DNA of 64,000 nucleotides from Rotaria sordida (Eukaryota): NCBI GenBank assembly GCA_905250005.1, contig CAJNOH010000220.1, positions 1 to 64,000 of the forward strand, read 5' to 3'. Shown piece by piece: positions 59,301 to 64,000 of this stretch (position 1 is its first letter; each line of letters starts with the position of its first letter). The notes under the pieces were generated by a model. It saw only the letters and a program-made list of their open reading frames with translations, ran no database searches and was not told where the DNA came from. The position numbers and the translations under genes were made by a program.

Positions 59301-62300
59301 AAAGCTAAAAATCATTCCTATTTCTCAATCGTAATATGTCCGACAGAACTGAAATCTTTTCTATAGATACTGACACTATTTGAAGTGCTTAGTGTTTTTG
59401 GTTTCTTTTTATCTTGTTCCATTCGAATACAAAGATCAAAAACAAAAAAATAGGCATTTCAAGCAGTGTCCAGTACCTGTAAAAAAAAACGTTTCAGCTC
59501 TCTCGAACGTACTATGTTGGAGAAATTAAAAGAGATTCTACACTTTTTTTGTGTAAAAATTGATTTTCGAGAACAATGAAAATCGAATTTTCTTATATGG
59601 ATGAGGACTTTTTTCTCCAACTAACTAAAGTGATCGAAAACTGGCCGTGTTTAATGATGTTAGAAATCCATGACCCATGTTTTCAGCACCTTTGGAATGA
59701 AAAATAATCATTATCATTAGAAAAATTTTGCATACAAAGAATAATCTTATCACAAGTTTTTCTGCTAGGAATTTCGAGAATTTTGTTTAATAAGAGTACT
59801 AACTAACAACGAAGAACCCCGATTTATATGGCGTTTGGTAGATGATACTTCGAAACTATACTAGCAATGAAAAACTAAAAATCGAAAAGCTTTTGATGTT
59901 AACATCCGGAAAGAGATTAGCCTGAAATAGATTGTCTACTAAATCTTTCGCTATCTGTTGTCAAGCACATGACTAGGTCTTGATATTTTAGCATGCAAGT
60001 TGAACCAGTCTATGCTTTTTTTTTTAGTCAAAAAATTAGGTGATTTAATCAGAGGTTGTTGCCTCTGAGTCCTATTCACCAACACAATGGTTATTCGGAT
60101 GACAGTTTTTTTGCATGGTACTTTAAATTACAACAAAGCCTATGTACAAGTTTCAGCTCGAGTCACTGAACTATTACTGAGTTATGATCTTCAAAAGTCA
60201 GCAGATAGGTTTTTCTCATCCGAATGATCATAGAAAAATGGCTACAATTCTAGGAAAGATTCATGAACTTCGATAAAATTAATACAGTAGTTAATCGGAA
60301 CAAATCACTAAATAACGAAGAATGAACTGATTCACAAAGTTCTTCGGTTTCAGAGTTATAAAATGAAGAGGATAAATAGGGGTGATCCATCCATCATAAT
60401 TTTCATTCCATTTAAACACTCGAGGTAAGTTCGTATCATAGGCCTACATTCTTAATGGAATATGTGCACACAAATTTTTCCACCATATAGCATATATGGT
60501 AATCGCAATACCGAGAGATGGGAGACTTTTGTCTACTGCCGCATTTTTTTGAAACAATAATTTTTTTTACTCGTATGTGTTCAACTGTATTTGAACTCAT
60601 ATTCCAAATTTTGATTTGATATTGTCCATTAGCAAAAAGAAATACGTCTTGACCCATTGGTACAATTGTTTCAACATCATTCTAATATTTAATATAAAAA
60701 ACAATATAATTAAATAAAATAAATAATTCAAATACTTCTAAAATACATTCTTGAACAGCAACTAATTTTGGTTCATTATTAATTAAACACCAAATATGAA
60801 TACTACCAACTTTATCACCAATTAGTAATCGTTCGCCAATAGTATCACATGCTGCTGCTCCAGTATAAATATTCTAAAATTTTGAATTGATTAATTCATA
60901 TTCTAATATATTGAAATATTTCTTACTTGAACTTCTGATTCTCGTCGTTCTAACATATGTAATGGTCTTAAATTCCAATTAATATGATAAAAAAGTAAAT
61001 TTTGTCGAGTGACACATGCTATCCATTCAGTTGTATTGAATACAAATAATACTGAAAGAATGTTATCAGATTTACACTAGAAAAAACAAACAACAAATTC
61101 AATTTTATTCCGATGATTAAAAATATTTTTGAATAAATTTATTTAACCCTTTAGTTATGGGACTCGTATAGATACGGACTAAGCTTTTATGTAGATTATA
61201 ACTTTTACAATTTTCTCCCTTAATTCGGCTATACGGTGCTCTCCCTTTCCTTTATGCTTGTAATATCGCTGTACATGTATGTCAAGTTGAAAAAAAAGAA
61301 GTTATGGATTTCAAAATCTGTGAGAATTCATAGGCTCTCTAATCCTAAAATCGTTCAAAGGCTTATGAAACCAAACAGAAATCCGTAAAATTGCAAGAAT
61401 GCTACAATCATTGTGGCTCCGGAAAGGTTCGATGAGTAATGAAACTCTAATCTTACACAAGATAATACGTTCAATTTTATTAGATTCATATTATGATAAG
61501 AAAACCCCCAGGATTATTCATGGAGTTACGTAAGGTTCTGCACAACTCCGCTTGACTCTGCAAGTACTGAATTACATGGTGTTGGTTGAAACCTAACTCA
61601 GTTTACTGTGTTCCTTTGACGTATATATCCGATTCTAGACTTGTATGAGCAAACTCACACTTTTTGTCATCTTTGTAATAACTCTATAGCCAAAGGGTTA
61701 AATATAGATGTCTTTAAAATGTATTAAACTACGATAATCTGTACGGCAGGGCGTACAATCACTTAAATAACAAATTCAATTTCTATATTAAAATATTTAG
61801 ATCTATTGTCACGATACTATTAAATGATACGTACAGGATATATCCTCTGACGGAGTATGCAGCGGAACGGTATATATATTACATATGGGTAAGATAGTTT
61901 CGGCCCCATCGAAACAAACACCAACATTTTTCTATTGAGAGCGATAGTTTTTATGGTCATGTAAAAGTTGCGTTGAATGTCATATTGTCATGTATTTTAA
62001 ATAGATAAGGATAAGATGATACTGGTTCGAGTTCCACTGGAATCAAAAATGATTGATCCTACTCATGCCTAATATATATAATTCATCTATATTCTGAATT
62101 CATACTCTCAGAGAGCATAAAACCGATGTGAAACTAATTGTGACTTTGATTTTCTGATATAATTTCTATTCCAATGAAATTTATTTTTACATTAAGAGAA
62201 ATTCGATTTCTTTCTCTTGACTTTATAACATCTTCAATGCTGAAAGATGACATGTACAACTGATACCAATAAACTAAAAGAATGAAAATTATTCCGTTTA

Positions 62301-63799
62301 TTCTCTTCTATATTGCTCAAAATGAATATATGTCAAGAAAATATTGGATTCTTATTGAGTGACACTCACTGTTATACTATAAATTAATTCATTTCGTTTC
62401 CAATCAACAAATAAAACAATTTTAGGTTTATCACGTGAAATAATAAGAATTAAATCATCATCTGTTTTGGGTGAAAATAATAATAAACTTATATAAGAAC
62501 CAAATTGATCTTTACGTATTTCAGTTATTGTTCGAAGTTTTACATGATCCCAAATATGTATTAAAGCTCGTTGATTAATTTTTGATGAAGGTATTTCACT
62601 TGATGCAACTAATGATTGATATTGATGAATATGAACACTATTATGTTTATAAAAACAAAAAACATATACATATTTATATAAATTCTAATTTGAAATAGTT
62701 CTTACCAAGTGATCAAATTATTATGTTTTGTATAGAAGCGTTGTTGTTTTAATTTTGATTCATATAAAATACAAATTGAACCAATAACATAAAGTATTTC
62801 ATTTTCTGGAAGAGTATAAAGTCTTTTTGTTAATTCATTTTCACCAAGATAACCATGACTAAAAAGAAATCAAATAAAGAGATGTTTTTTTTTTAATATT
62901 TTTAACCTACATCCAACTTAATGATAATTTTGAATTTTCAACAACTATCAAAACAAAAATATAAATTAAAGTTTAATAAAGAAATTTTTTATATTTATTT
63001 TGAAATAAATATTACTTGGTTTCGAAGGACGTTTGTAATTAGTTCTATTAATCGATCGTCGTGGCCATTGACGATCCGTAAATAATTCATGTGGTGTCAT
63101 TGTTCCTAAATAATGTTTTGCATGTACATATTCATTTTCTGTACATCCAATAAATGTATCGCTTATTTTAATTATATTGAATAATTTTGAAAAACTTTTT
63201 ATTTCTACAAAACTATCTTTTGTCATACCAAATAAATGTCTTATATTTTCATGATTTGTATAATGAGAAAGTAAATCTGTTACTTGATCTTGTAACCATT
63301 GCTCAAATGTTTGTGTTACATTTCGATTAAAAATCACACTTTCATACATATTTAATTGTGAATAAGGTAATAAAAAAATTTGTTCATTATTAGGAGGTGG
63401 TGAATGCCAACGTGGATGAACAGATAATCGTGTATTCCAATAAGGAATTGTATCTTGTTGTGTATTTATATTTAGACTTGGATCTATTTCATCGGTAAAT
63501 AAAGTATGCATATAACGATAATTTGTTCGAATGAATGCTCCGGATGCAACAACATATGATTGACGATTCTGAAATTGATTAATAGAACGAATTTCTTGAC
63601 CAGTTAATGAATAAACATGTTTTATAGCACCAGTCGGTAAACGAAGTCTTGATTGACGATCAAGATAATTAAGAAATGCTTCCCAAGATTTAAGATCATA
63701 TTCATTAATAGCTAATTTAACACCATGATGATATTCATCACCATTACGAAAAAATCGAACTAAAACACCTTGAAGTGCATGAGCATTTACTGATGGCAT
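56389..63799 (-). CDS. Doublecortin (DCX) domain + WD40 beta-propeller protein, probably one gene of at least 13 exons with two roughly 1.3-kb repeat-containing introns; the DCX-to-WD40 junction is not fully resolved
   Basis: 5' exon 62966..63799: MPSVNAHALQGVLVRFFRNGDEYHHGVKLAINEYDLKSWEAFLNYLDRQSRLRLPTGAIKHVYSLTGQEIRSINQFQNRQSYVVASGAFIRTNY is a typical DCX ubiquitin-like microtubule-binding domain. It ends at ...RPSKP|gtaata. Downstream minus-strand exons encode WD40 blades, e.g. HGYLGENELTKRLYTLPENEILYVIGSICILYESKLKQQRFY..., LIHIWDHVKLRTITEIRKDQFGSYISLLLFSPKTD..., MGQDVFLFANGQYQIKIWNMSSNTVEHI..., and the last exon ...RNSQMFKLGLGPIQSIIPSTMNNTFLLSMRDYPIIVEIQININ with stop at about 56389. I could not close the reading phase across the first intron, so a two-gene alternative remains. 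Confidence 0.55.
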
Positions 63800-64000
63800 A
63801 ACAGCAAGTGTTCGAGCTATGATTAGAAAAAAATCAAATCAAATCAATTAATCAAATTTCAAAATCGATACATCTATTTGATGATAACTTCAATTCAATT
63901 CTTCCATGTATATACTTAGATATTCTAGTAAGTTTTTTAGTTTTTTGATCAATAAAAAAACCTTATAAATTTTCTTTTTGAATTCAATTTATTATGATGC

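Noticed and set aside
33478-59475. Shared AGCAGTGTCCA / CAGTGTCC motif between the hairpin termini, the MITE in the ADP-ribosyltransferase gene and the intron at about 59465
   Set aside because: Only 8-11 bp are shared. About two chance 8-mer matches are expected in 64 kb. Not evidence of a common element.
1-64000. Prokaryotic or operon interpretation, and tRNA, rRNA or snRNA genes
   Set aside because: Genes are interrupted by canonical GT..AG introns with AATAAA signals. I found no tRNA-like cloverleaf candidates with A and B boxes and no rRNA or snRNA signatures on either strand.

Overview
This window is AT-rich (roughly 70% A+T by eye) nuclear DNA from a ciliated metazoan. Genes carry short GT..AG introns of about 55-120 bp. 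I cannot name the organism; a rotifer- or flatworm-like invertebrate is only a guess. I had no BLAST/HMM search. Every product call comes from motifs I recognise and from splice sites I traced by hand.

Four genes I identify with high confidence:
- An inward-rectifier K+ channel, 7674..9494 (+), 3 coding exons including an 81-nt micro-exon.
- A full-length TEP1-like gene (TROVE + DUF4062 + NACHT + WD40), 14299..23008 (-), 7 coding exons.
- A CEP78 orthologue, 23657..27229 (+), head-to-head with the TEP1-like gene.
- An RPGRIP1L orthologue, 40180..48001 (+).

Four more with moderate confidence:
- A PWWP-domain gene, 49186..51551 (-).
- A CIMIP2/FAM166-like gene, about 52583..53918 (+).
- An SDS22-type LRR gene, 54180..56152 (-).
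- A DCX-domain + WD40 gene, 56389..63799 (-).

Lower-confidence calls are a Kir-adjacent unknown gene, a coiled-coil ORF, an F-box ORF and a partial first exon at the window start.

The outlier is an intronless single-exon gene at 28746..30623 (-), which I rank highest because, among other things, its composition differs sharply from every spliced gene here.
- It is much more GC-rich (about 40% versus 20-25% for the spliced genes).
- It encodes an N-myristoylated (MGGQKSK...) R-S-E-class arginine mono-ADP-ribosyltransferase fused to kinesin-light-chain-type TPR repeats.
- An AATAAA signal lies 27 nt past the stop.
- The coding sequence carries a 94-bp palindromic MITE-like insertion with 6-bp target-site duplications.
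- A TPR-homologous stretch sits out of frame between a homopolymer indel and that insertion, and the two shifts cancel.

The ADP-ribosyltransferase gene sits in a repeat-rich island spanning 30.7-38.4 kb.
- A CRE plus a triple CCAATCAG box.
- Two ~720-bp repeats 1 kb apart.
- A 245-bp-arm near-perfect hairpin.
- A hAT-like deletion derivative with an 8-bp TIR, 8-bp target-site duplications and a transposase C-terminal fragment.

Elsewhere there are a GTAC-rich MITE at 2704..3507 and decayed LINE fragments at 4.1-7.0 kb. I found no rRNA, tRNA or CRISPR.
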